From Tubiluchus corallicola (Eukaryota > Animalia > Priapulida), in NCBI GenBank assembly GCA_030141605.1, contig JAQGDQ010000769.1:34823-98822 (forward strand): a DNA stretch of 64,000 nt, given 5' to 3'. The position numbers were made by a program, and so were the translations under genes. Below the pieces are notes generated by a model that was not told the DNA's origin, did not search any database, and worked only from the letters and a program-made list of their open reading frames with translations. This document shows positions 25,183 through 38,050 of the stretch, piece after piece (position 1 is the stretch's first letter; the number at the start of each line of letters is the position of its first letter).

Positions 25183-27392
25183 TTGGCCGCAAAAACCGAT
25201 GAATGGTTTGGCCACCTTTGTCTTCAGAAAATTTTCCTATTCAATCATTTACCTGAAGATGACGATTTTAATCATGTTATAAGAAATTCGCTACTTGATT
25301 CTATAATTTGTAAGGATCCTTATTATTTAGATCTTTTCCAAACAACACTATTGTGTTGTATATATATGTTATATATTGATTCTATACATTTTTCAATCAA
25401 AAAGATTCTTTTCCAAAAAGTAAATACTACGACAATGAGCAATTTTTGTCTATGCTTTCAAACATAAATTTCAACAACATATTATCAATGATCCATCTGA
25501 ATATAAGAAGTATATCTGCTAATTATGACCACTTAACTGTACTGCTGCAAATGTTACAAACTCAATTCTCACTGATTGCGTTAACCGAAACGTGGTTAAA
25601 TATACAGAAAAAAATGTTTAAGTTACCCGGATATATTCTGTTGAATAGAAATAGGAAGAATAAAAGGGGGGTGTAGGGTTGTTCATTAAATCAGACATAC
25701 CACTTGTAATGAGAAACGACTTAACATCAAGCAACTCTGCCCTTGAAATATTTTTTTTCGAAATTCACAAAGTAAGAGGCAAAAACATAGTAGTCGGCTT
25801 GATCTACAGACATTTATTGAACAGTTGACTGCTAAACTATCAATAATAAATAATAAAATAAGCAGTTGTTTTTGTTGTTGAAACTACAATTTGAACTTAT
25901 TAAATCACTCTTCAAATCAAGACACGGCAGAGTTTCTTGAAACTATTATTACTATGTCTTTCCAGTTGTTACTTGTCCTACTCGAATTACAGCATACAGC
26001 TCTACATTAATTGTTAATATTCTGACAAATGTTATACAGCATCAGTATAGAGCTGGCATTCTTTTAGTAGATGTCACCGATCACATACCAATCTTCTTAA
26101 TCATTGACTTAAACATAGCAAAATCTCAAACTAATAATATCGACAAAGTAATATACAATAACCATGTAAAAAATAAATTAATAAGTTGTATAGAATCAGT
26201 CAACTGGGAGGAATTATATAGTATTTCAGATCCTGAAGCAGCTTACAATCTATCTCTGGATAAATTTAACGAAGCCTACTTTAAAAATATAAAAAACTAC
26301 TGATGCTTCCAAGAAAACTAATGTCATTAAAAATGCATGGATAACTACAGCCATATTAACCAGTATCAGTCACAAAAATAAAATGTATAATTCATTAAAC
26401 AAACAAATCTCAGAGGCAGCTGGGACCGATACAAACAATATTGCAATAAATTAGATAATGTTGTTAAAAATGCTAAATCGACTAATTATCAAAATCAGTT
26501 GTTAAACCAATTTAAAAAAAACATGGGGAATTATGAAAGAAATAATGCATTCCAGGTGCGAACAGCCCTTAATTCGTTTAAAAATTAATAATAAATTAAT
26601 CGCAGTTCCTAAATCTACAGTAAATCATTTTAATGACCATTTTTCGCAGAATTAAAACGATTAATTGTTATCCCTATCTTCAAATACAAGGATTCTCTAG
26701 ACATAAATAATTATAGACCTATCTCGCTGTTACTGTTTTTCTCAAAAATATTGGAAAAAGTTGTTAACAATAAAATATTATCATACTTCTACCATCAAAA
26801 CATAATAAACAATAAGCAGTTTGGTTTTCAGAAAAACAATTCAACTGAATTGGCTTTGATAAACATAGTAGAGAGTATAACTAAATACATTGAACAAATT
26901 GAATTTATGAATTAGAAACTGTTCAGCCAATTCAAAAATTTAAGAAGAAATACAGAGCAATGATTCTCAACAAGTACAACACTTCCTAATTTTGTACACC
27001 TACTGCAGCAGTCTTACCACAATCCTGTGGTACATGATACAAAACAAGACATCATTGATAAATCTTTAGAGTTGATGTCAACATAGCACAATCTTGTTAT
27101 CTTTCTTCCTACCATTTCCACTAACACATCGTTCTGCCCTTCCTGTGTGACCTAACCTTTCCCCCAGATCTTTTTTTGTTCACTCATCCATTCTTTTTTT
27201 TTATCGTGTTCACATGACAGAGGGCTTATACAAGCCTTTGCTTCTCTAGCCCACTGCAGTACAATTATTCTTTTAAGATAACGATAGTGTATGAAACATA
27301 ACAATTTAATACAGTATGATGTTCTAATTTTGATGTCACTGTGTACTTTATATTGTACTGAATGTGATAATAATAAAATAAACTAAACTAAA
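25183..27392 (+). mobile_element. Internally deleted CR1/L2-type LINE (endonuclease, start of RT, 3' end)
   Basis: IHLNIRSI, IALTETWL, RNRKNKRG, PTRIT..SSTLI, DVTDHIPIF, NNYRPISLL.FFSKILEK and KQFGFQKNNSTELAL; 3' tail aataaaataaactaaactaaa. Confidence 0.85.
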
Positions 27393-27453
27393 CCTTTCAT
27401 TTCATGTATAGATTGTCGCAGATGGTGCCGTCGTCAGAGTAGTAGCCTCGAAT

Positions 27454-27455
<2 letters not shown>

Positions 27456-27517
<62 letters not shown>
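27456..27517. repeat. (TA)n microsatellite
   Basis: About 30 consecutive TA units. Confidence 0.97.
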
Positions 27518-27520
<3 letters not shown>

Positions 27521-29340
27521 AAACGATTGCAATACTTAATAATGCTTGAAGCATAATAGTTCTGTAGCTTAGTTTGAGAGATTATATTATTTAGTATAGA
27601 GTTTATAGTGTATTATTTAGAGATATTTGGTATGTACTGTGTACACCTGAGTAAGCTAGTCTATAGGCTAATTTGGGTGGGTGAAGTGGTGTGGATCTCG
27701 GTTTTATCCAAATGAAATGCTTATAAGTATTTTAGCAAATAGCATGATTGGATAGTCAGTTTCTCCCGAATCGAATAATACATAATTTATGATCATTTAG
27801 TTATGTCTGTACTCTTTCAGTAGCATGAAAGTCACTGGTCTTATAAGGCCTATTTTGAGTGGCGATCTCTGATAGGAGTCAAAGCTTCTCTGCTTTTTAA
27901 TTAAAACCTCGGATTCCCATCTCCCCAGTAGAGACAAAATATTTGTGCAAAAAAATGAAAAACTGTAAACCCTTGGAGGAATAATAATCGTAAAATTGAC
28001 CAACTACCACTGTCATTCACCATTCGTAAGAGTCAGAGGTAAGAGTCAACAAACTGCTGTCTACCGCCAGCTCAGGGCTAACCACCCTGTGAGTTTTGTG
28101 ACTGTAGCTTGCAAGCCTATCTGGTTATAAACTAACAGAGAATAAATAATAATTATGACTAATTCATATTACGATTCTGCAGTACGACCGGAACTGAAAG
28201 TGATGACTATGGAAAATCTGTGCTGATTTGATCATTGTTTCAAGATCATAATTTTTAATATTGCAGATTGGCCGTGCTTATCACCTAGGAAATTCATTTC
28301 TTTTCAAGTTGGAACTTGTCACTTTAGGACATGCAGCTATATTGACCCAGTATCTGAAGTTGTCAATATTGCCTTCAGTAATTTTGCCATGCTTAATCAC
28401 ATAAGAATGAAACAGCAACTTGTGAAATTTGGATCCCTTAGGCCAGAGGTCAACCAATCTTGAGTCAACCTATACCGTTCAATTTGTCACGTCGGGTCCT
28501 TTGATTTGATGTACTACAAGCCACTATTCACCAACACAGGAAAAACATTTATGACTTTTGAGTAAATTATATAAATGTCAAGTCTTGCAAACTTATTACT
28601 GAGATTAACTACATATAAGCGTACAGTATTTTGCAACAACTTTTATTCCTTTTGCACACTATAATAAATTGTCTAACTGCGTGCAAGAGCAACTACTGTT
28701 ATACCAGGTTCAATTAACTTCAATATTCAATTGTTCATTGTCTAACTTCTGTAGATCCTTTTCAAAGTCTGGACTCTAATTGTCAATCTCCTCATGCAGT
28801 CATACAGATAATTTTTGTGCTTTAACAATCTGCCTATTTATTTTACCTCAGATCATCAAAAATCGCTGTGTAATTTTTTACATTATTATGATATACTATG
28901 ACTCCATTATACATTCACTTGCTTATGTCTAAGAATTATACTTGTGTTATAAAGTATATTTCAGTTGCCATTGTTATTATGTTTCTGTTGTCAGATTTTT
29001 ATTTCAGTTCTTGTTTCAGTTCTTATTTCAGTTCAGTTTTATTTCAGTTATTTTCAGTTCGATATTTTTTATTATGCACTTATTGTTACTGTGTATGAAT
29101 TATACTGACACGCTATAAGCATATCAATTTAATGTCATTCGTAACAATTAAATTTTTATTATAAGCAGTACTAACATTAATACACTTTAGCATAGCGCTT
29201 ATAAAAATGTTTATCACTAACCAAAAGGAAGCTGACTAGATGACCAATTGGTCTTTTGCTGACCGCTGACCTTTCTTGACATTTTTGTTTCCAAATTAAT
29301 TGTATTATAACTGTGCATGTGCTACAAGGCAAATAAAAAG

Positions 29341-29372
<32 letters not shown>
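29341..29372. repeat. (ATT)n microsatellite, probably a LINE 3' tail
   Basis: Follows aataaaaag. Confidence 0.85.
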
Positions 29373-29759
29373 GACAACCGCCCCCCCCCCCCGATTTTTA
29401 GTTTTTGGTCCCTAGCGGGAAAACATTTCACTATCCAAATGACCCATATGTAGTCACACAAAAAAACTATGATACATACCAAAAATTGTGCCCTTACTCC
29501 AAAATTGTAGGAGTAGAAACTGAAAAACTGATATATGTCTACTGTCCTTGACCGTTTGGTCATAATACAGTGTTCAGTTTATGAGGCATTACCCCAGTTC
29601 TGTACTCCAGGTGCCATTCATGAAGATTCGTAACTTAAACTTCTTTATTTTTCCAGTTATTCAAAAAAATTAACACCTTTGAGCATATCAAGTGTTCTGA
29701 AATTTATGTGGTTTTAAATACAAATAAATTGACACAAGATAATGACACAAATAATTTAA

Positions 29760-30130
29760 TCAGTTGTACAGTGACATACAGAATTAATATTGCAGATTTA
29801 CTGAAATTTACTGTTAATGGTGCAAATTGCAACGGGATAGAAAGAATTTAAAGTTCTTTTGTTTTAACGTTAATTACCTACGACCAGAGGAGAGAATTTC
29901 ATAGTATTAAATTTTATTACGTGGATGAAATTCATCTTTCATGATAACTTTGCGACTCTAGTCTCATAAAAATATGCCTTAGATTTCTGTTGAATTCCCA
30001 CAATTTTTGAGGCGGATTTAGCAATTCGGAGAAGAGCATTGGGATCTCCCTGCGTGACAGGGCTATACGAAACAGTAAGGGATGCCATTAAGACACTCTC
30101 AATTATTGCACAACAAAAACTTTCCATCAC
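29760..30130 (-). mobile_element. Rex1/Babar- or L2-like LINE 3' fragment
   Basis: FCCAIIESVLMASLTVSY...LLRIAKSASKIVG resembles the FY.A.IES.L...ITVWY...L.R....A.KI.G region after the RT domain. Confidence 0.6.
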
Positions 30131-32283
30131 GGGGCAACATTATGTGATTTCAGTTGATTGAATGATTAAATGATTGAAATGAAAAGTCGTGGTGACACAA
30201 ATTGAATGGTATAATTATCATGACCCCAGATGGTGTGACCCCTGACAAAAGGTCAAGGGTCCAAATGACACCTGCTATGATTTTATTAAAATGAAATACA
30301 ATTCCTAGGTAATCAAGCATGAAGGTTGAAGACAATATTGAGACAATCAGACCAAACACCCATGGGGACAATCAGACCAAACAGCAATGTTACTTTTAAG
30401 TATAACACTGTATTACGTAACATATTGCAGAATCTTCGGTTTCTGACTTTATCACAAACAGTTTTCTAATTTGTCACAAAGATTCTGCAACGGTTGCAGA
30501 ATGCTTTTGTTCATGGAAGTCAACCATTGATTATTTATTAAGGTTCCATACTTAAAAGAACTCAAATGTCTTTTGATACGACAATGAATAATTTCATAAC
30601 ATAGTAACTGAAGCTAGTGTCATCAAACTTGCTGGGCAGACATCTGGGGCAGGGGGTAATTTGAATCTCAGTTAAAACTTTATGACTCGCATTTTTTATG
30701 TCTTTTTCAAGTTCACACTGTTTGGACATTATGCAAAATGCTTCTGTCGGGTTCCACTAGTTGCTACAAAATAATATTAATTCGTATTTTGTACTAGCAT
30801 AATGTAGTACAAAACTATGTTAATAATTCATTGTTAGCAATAGAGTTGTTAAAATTTCTGCCAGAAAAACTCTTGCACCGTTTTTGAATCTGCAGATACA
30901 CTAACTGAGCATAAAATTAATTACCAAAGAGATATAAATGTTGTTCAGTCGAATTTGTCGAAAGATTCTGGGGTTTCGTCACTGTCAATAATTTACTTCA
31001 ATAATATGCCAGCAAAGCACAGAAATTATTAGCAACAGCTTATCAAGAATTTATTAAATTTGAAGACACATCCCAATATAAATGACATAAGAATGTGGCT
31101 GTCAATACCAATAACGAAAAACAGGTCTGACATGTAGTACTCTTTAAACCAAGCTGATATCACCGAGTACCTATGTCATCCTCGTGTATTTATAACTTTC
31201 AGCATGAATTGACAATTAAATTCTAGAAACAAGGTGTGGAATAACTGTTGAAAATAGAATACATACGTAAATATATTTATTTTCTTATTGCATATTAAAC
31301 ATTGAACAAGAAAATTCTGCAAGCAGAATCTTAATGTAAACAAACATTTCAGTTCTCAGAGCTGTCGATTTGCTGTTGGTTATAAAATGGTTTGTGGGCT
31401 ATATGAGCGGCCCTGTAAGCAAACATAGATAGAAACAACAAGCACAAAAATCAACAAAATCAGCAGTGTTACAACTTTACATATATATGTATGCTTGCAT
31501 ATGTTATATATAAAATATAAATAATATATATATATATATGTATGTCCTGGTATATATATGGTTGGGCATACCTAGTTTTGCTGTAACGTTTTGCTATTTG
31601 ACCTGTATATATAGATCAGAACACTTTTTATAATCAACGACGTATGTATAAATATATTTAAAAACAACAGTGTTAATTACAGAATTATTTATTTCTCAGC
31701 TGATACCAACAACTAAAACTAAAATAATGGCAGAGAAATTTTTCACACTAATATTGGCTTGCCTAAAAGCGAAATACAATACAAACATTTACGACACGAA
31801 GTTTTCTACTTTATATTGTGTTTCGTAGACTTAGGTATAGATAACCACCTCAAACTTTAACTATTCACGCTAACAAACTACACACAAACATTCGGCATGT
31901 TTGCCCGGCATTTGGCGAGGTAGAATTGAGCTTAAGTCTGCAGTACGCTACTGGCATAGATGATGAAGGTTTAAGTAAGACGACGTCCTAACAGCGTTTG
32001 AAGAAGATAATGTAGAAAGATTTGAAGAAAGGTATTATAACAGCGCAAACAACGTAAAAATCAACAATAGTAACGCGGAAGAGAGACGAGCACCAGGGTT
32101 CCTGGGCTTTTCATATTATACCATATTTTGTTGAAAAAGATAAAGTGACGATTAAAGACATAGAAAGACAACAGCTTGATAGCGTGGGAGTGAGTTAAAT
32201 GAGATGATCATTTTAACTATTTTGCTGTTATTGATATTCTATCCTAAATATCTAAAGCGTTGATCCCGTTCATTCTTGAAGAG

Positions 32284-33705
32284 ATGGTAAGTTTCCTAAA
32301 AAAGCTGAAAAGCTGTGGTGCTTTTATTTTATGCATACCATATTTACTGGCATATTACAGGATATTTAATACAGATGTCTCGATAAAAGAAAATGTTCAC
32401 AGCATGGACTGCAATGAAGGATTAATGCATGACGCTAAATGGCTGCTGGTTACTGGAACTGACAGCGCAACGTATTCAGCTTTTTATGATGACCGTTTGG
32501 AGGTGCCTGTCATTCGTATTACAGGTTTGACTCTAAAAGAACGTAAAAAACACATAAAATTCTTCTGTCATTTCTTCTACGAGAATAGCTCTTACATCAG
32601 TGAAGCTTTTGTCTACGTAATACCAGATGACAAACGAGGAAGACTTTACAGTGCTGCACTGTTTAATTGTCCCCTGAAAACTGATTCAGTGCCTTTAGCT
32701 GTAAGTTTGAGTATCTCAAAAGAGTTTCCTTCAGATAATTGGATGAAAGTCAATGTTGGCAACTCTGTAGGCAAAACACAGAGAAATATTGGGATTTGCT
32801 TGCCAATAATCCACGACCATGGAACAATTGACTCTCCCAATGCATTGCAGTTGATTGAATTCTTTGAAATGAACAGGATCTTGGGTGTTGATCGGATCGT
32901 TCTTTATATCGGTGTAATTATTGATGTTAATGTTAAACGAGTTATCGATTGGTATGTTAAAAGTGGTTTTGTTATTGCTTTTGATTTTGCTTTATATTCT
33001 GATATCATTGATAAAGGTCTCAAGACGCCTGATGGCGGCATGTGGGATGTTCACTATGGTGCACAATTTACAAGTATCAATGACTGTTTATATAGATACA
33101 TGTATAAATTTAAGTACACTGCGTTTCAAGACATTGATGAATTTATTATACCTAAATTACATTCGACTTTATTAGAAATGGTGCATTATATCTTACAAGA
33201 GTCAATCAATGAAGGTGATGTTTTGCTCGACAATGTGGCAGCGTTGGTATTTAGAAATAACTATGCTTTCTACGTCATTCAGGATATGTTTAATAGAAGT
33301 GAGAATACATACGAACAGTGCCAAAATATTTGTCATCGATTATTGCTGGGCAATACTAATTTTACCATTAAAGGTCATTACTGGAAATGGCAAAAAAGGT
33401 CTAAACTGATTGTCATACCAGAAAAGATTGCGTCGTTGAGTATTCATGTTGTTGACTGTACGATTAAAGAAGAGTTTATAGAGTATGATGTGCCAATTGG
33501 TATTGGATTATTGTATCATCTGAAAAATTCTGCAAAGTTTCTTAGGTATAGAAACTTTATCTCAAAGCCCTACTCAGCAAAGTATCAAGAAACAATTGAG
33601 ACATACGTACTTAAACCAACTCATCCAAAATACAGTGCGAAATGGATGTCAGAACTGAAAAGGGCAACGCAGATGACTTTTAATAATATTTACTGTGAGG
33701 CATAA
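32284..33705 (+). CDS. GT92 (DUF23) glycosyltransferase, galactan/beta-1,4-galactosyltransferase-like, single coding exon
   Basis: ATG at 32284 (the ORF track starts at a TTG at 32260). Anchor GAFILCIPYLLAYY; YSAFYDDR, LIEFFEMNRILGVDRIVLY, Q..SINDCLYRYMYKFKYTAFQDIDEFIIP (DxD), RSKLIVIPEKI..LSIH and LLYH. Confidence 0.93.
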   Translation: MVSFLKKLKSCGAFILCIPYLLAYYRIFNTDVSIKENVHSMDCNEGLMHDAKWLLVTGTDSATYSAFYDDRLEVPVIRITGLTLKERKKHIKFFCHFFYENSSYISEAFVYVIPDDKRGRLYSAALFNCPLKTDSVPLAVSLSISKEFPSDNWMKVNVGNSVGKTQRNIGICLPIIHDHGTIDSPNALQLIEFFEMNRILGVDRIVLYIGVIIDVNVKRVIDWYVKSGFVIAFDFALYSDIIDKGLKTPDGGMWDVHYGAQFTSINDCLYRYMYKFKYTAFQDIDEFIIPKLHSTLLEMVHYILQESINEGDVLLDNVAALVFRNNYAFYVIQDMFNRSENTYEQCQNICHRLLLGNTNFTIKGHYWKWQKRSKLIVIPEKIASLSIHVVDCTIKEEFIEYDVPIGIGLLYHLKNSAKFLRYRNFISKPYSAKYQETIETYVLKPTHPKYSAKWMSELKRATQMTFNNIYCEA

Positions 33706-36700
33706 CACATGACCTTATACATTAGTATCATATGAATAGGTCTAGCTTGCGAAAATTTTGTTTCCTCAAAAACTGCATAGACTTGATAGAGATAGACATC
33801 AGAGATAACATATTATTCTGAGAGACATGGAGAGAAAGGAAATACGCATTCTCTTTGACAAAGAGATTTATTATAAGTGTTTAAGCCTCGTGTTCAAAGA
33901 ACCTGGCAGCGAATGCACATGTGTCAATTCAAATGAATACTAAACAGTATTTATAGTCACCTGTTGGAAATGCTTGGCTTGCCTCTAAGAATTACTGACA
34001 GGCCTACAAATTTCTAGTAAATGTTTCGTAACTTAATGATTTTTGTTGCTACAAAACACAAGCAATTCCTCGTTTTGAGTAGTGGCCTAAAATGTAGATT
34101 TTGTTAGCTAGTACAATTAGCAAAGATTTGTTGTTTTGTCATATAGGTAAATGAAATGACTAACTTGATTTTTTAAAAAATATAATACAGCTACACATAA
34201 AAAGCATAAAACATTTCATATTAGAATGTGTTCCAGCATGCACACTTCTGGTAATTTCTTTTCAAAATTCACAAGTCTGTTGAAATTGAAACTTCTACGT
34301 GGTTATTTTCAGATTAATTGGCACATATAAAAGGATTTACCTCGTCTTATTTGTCTTATTTTAAAAATAACTTTGTAAAGCAATAATATATCTACAATAA
34401 TGAACGAGACAGGATAAAATGGATATGAGACACACACAAAGACCAAAATTACTACCCACATTTAAACTGGAAAAATACTAGTGCATCGAAAAGTCAATTT
34501 TCGTTAATCTTTAGCTAAATAATTTACTGTAGGCACAATTTAACTGCAGTATATTTATCTTTCTTTGTATTTCTGTTGGTATAAAATGCCCAGTCTGTTG
34601 CGAAAGTATGTAAAACATACGGTCATAGGGATATTTGAGGAAAAAAAACGTAACCCCCAATGGTCAAATTTCATTGGTGTGCCAGGTTTTCAGTTTGTAC
34701 ATATATGACTACCTCCAAGCGTGGTGTACATATGTATATGTGTATGTATATGTCCAAATTGGGAGAGTTACCTGTTCTATAGGACAAAAATAAAATCATA
34801 GCAATAATCCTTTTTGAAACAAATACCGCAAATAATAAAATTTAAATGACCAGCTTGAAAGACAGAAAACGTGAAAAAGTTTGGATACAACCTGGATTTG
34901 ATCCAAGGGACTTTTGCTTAGCCTCAAATAACAAGTTCACAGTAATCAGGTGAAGAGAGATCCTACAAAATCAGCAGGTAAAAATTGGTTTGAGACTCAT
35001 GGCTTTACTTGAGTCCTGCAAGAAAGCATTACATCCCCTAATGAAAGCTACTATGGGGACTGATCGCGGTTATGCTACATTATACAACGAGCTCTGCCGC
35101 AACAGAAAACGTCAGATGAGATTATTGGCAATAATCAAGTGTAAAATGAATGCACATAGTTTGTTAAGCTAATAAATGGGTTGACTGCTGTTATACTACA
35201 TTCAATTGAAAACCCCAGATGAAATGTTTTAGTTACTTTTCAGTTATCGAGTGTAAAATGCAGCATACTGCAAAAAACAGTAACTGTGTACCTACTAGAA
35301 AAGACAGAATGTCAGTCATCTACAGTCATCTACAATGTAAATTTTAAAGATTTATTTGTTTAAGCTGACGTTTGCTTGCTAAGCACTAAACAACCAACTC
35401 ACATCAATAATTAGCTCAATTTCAATTGTAATGTAATTCCACTGACGGCTAGACGATCAACTTCACTTTTCATTCCTAAAACAAAATCTCATTCTGGTAT
35501 AAGACAATTTACAGTCAGGACAAGCAAGCAAATCACTATGCAATCAAAACCGCATTAAGTAAATCACAAATTTTAAAACGTTTAAACTATTCGGGGAAGT
35601 ATTTATATATAGTCTCTTTATAAAGTATTTTTTGTTTATTTCTAATCAACCCTTTAAAATGTATTTATCTAACATTAATTACGTTATTGCTTTATTTCCA
35701 TATTGATTATTTAATAACTTTTACTTTTTAATATTAAAGTAAAATGTGCAAGCAACTCATGTATTGGAACAGTCCATTTGTTGGACCACCTCTAAAAGCT
35801 AGGACAAATTTGTGCATGGAAAGCAAGAGGCAGTTGAAATCTGCTCGGGCCAGTTTTACGCTAATTAGACAGATTTGTTAAGGGATCCTCGCCTGTAATA
35901 AATTAATGAGTGTCTAGCAAGCACGACGTCTTTGGAAGGGCTATGCACACACATAAGGGCTATGAAGCTATTCAGGGATTACACACAGCCACTTACAACA
36001 CAAACAGTGTATCAGTAATTTTCATGACTTGTGTCTTGTTTTGTGACTGAAACTTTAAAATTTTCATGTGGGCTTTTAATATTGGAGCATACGGCCCTCA
36101 GCGGTATTTTGGGTGAGACTGGCATGCCACACCAGGCATAAACACTAAGTGTTATACAATGGGCCCTTGTGGTCCACTGCCTCTTAATTAAAACAGCTTT
36201 AAACTGTTACCCGAAACTGTATGTGTTCGTTGAGACCCTGTTTATTTTACATAGCTAATAAAAAAATTTTATTGTATTTTTATATATACAGTATACTACT
36301 GACGACATTATTATAAAATTCCCATATCAATGTTAATTCACAGTGGTGCATTATTGGGGCAGAGGCACATTGTGAATCGACGCCCAAAGATTAATTGTTA
36401 AGACGCTACACCTGGAACACAAGGAAAGATTTATTTTGTGTATTTCCTAATTTACTTTAAGACGAAATAAATCTATTTTTAATACTCTGCCTGTTTTTGA
36501 TGATAAAAATGGGAAAGATTAATAAACGTTGAAACCACAAAAAGTGTTTACTCAATAATTGAAGACTGTCATTTAAAAATTTGCCACAATATTGTTAGTA
36601 AATACAAATTGCCACACCAGAGCTTCCTTAACAAATATTCGTTAACTTTCTGCAACAAAAAATCCTTTCTAAGACGTTTTCAAATTCTCTTATTGATTTT

Positions 36701-38050
36701 AAGCTTGCATGAAAATTTTCATGGGCAACTAGCAGTGAAGAAACATATTTTCACCCATTCTCCACACCTGGGAACACCTTGGAATAGACGTCAGGATATT
36801 CGAATAAAGCAAGGCAAATGTAGGCAAGATATATACATTGAATGCAAAGTGAATGAATTGCTCTATCTATGTTGATTTATCAAGTTACGTTGATTTATGT
36901 GGCCAAGAGAAAACGCGGATATGCAATTAAAAGAAAAAGCGGCCTTTGTCCACATATCACTGAAATTAATATCTATTATATATTACTAGCCAAACCCAAC
37001 GTAAATAATTTTACACATAAACGAACACACATCTCACACCATCAATACCACACAACGCCACGCCACCACTCCTCTCACATCACACCACCCACACCACTCA
37101 CAGCACTGTACTAATATCACCCACAACACACCCAGAGGTAGCGGAGATGATTATAATTGAACAGCCATACACAAGTACTGATGGATGCATTCGTGCAGCT
37201 AAGATTAAATGCCCCGCAGGAAAAATTCTAACTAGGGCTTTAAAAAGCGATGGTCATTATTTTTCCATTATTACTGAATTGTAGACGAGATTGCTGAAGA
37301 CTATAATCTTTCATTGTGCGCAGGCCGTAAACTGCGCACTCATCTCAAACACTTCAGAGGAGACCCAAAATCATTTCAAATTGTTCTTTTAAGAGCAGAG
37401 AGTTGCTCAGGTGGTCAGTAATTTGTCCTAACTTATTTTTGTAAACATGGCAACTTTGAGAGGCAAAGACGAAGTAAACTAATCATATGCCGCACCCTCT
37501 GTCATGATTTTGAAAACATTAATAAAAAAGTCGTTTTTTGCAGAGTGAATGAAAAGATGGCAATATTCTACCAAAAAATGATCACTGCTAATGTACGTGA
37601 GTATACAAAGCGAAAATTCAAAGTCCAACTTTGACTTCATATTTGACTAATAAGTGACTCCGTAAATAGGCTAAATAGCAGATTTTACGTCCTTTATTAA
37701 AAGTCGTCGCAATAACAGAATTTAAGTAATGCAGGTGTAATTATTTTTAAGGTATAGGTGGACCTAGATTTTCAAAAAATAAATACGTCAAACAAGTGGA
37801 ATTACACAGGAAAATTATGGAATATACTTGGAGTGAGTAATTTCCCCAAATCTTTATGCGACTTCATTATTAGAAAAACTTTTATTTTCTGATCAAAATT
37901 TGACAACTGCATATACTAAAGTTATCCATCCTATCTCTAGTAATTTCCTGGTCATGCGTTGTTTGCCTGTAGTAAGATTGCTAACTAAGATGTAAAACTG
38001 AACGCAAATGTCTATGGTACTGAGTAACGTTAGAAACAAAATTACACGAA

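Noticed and set aside
31900-32200. Purine-rich coding-like stretch upstream of GT92 (DVLTAFEEDNVERFEERYY...)
   Set aside because: Broken by stops, and I cannot assign a family.
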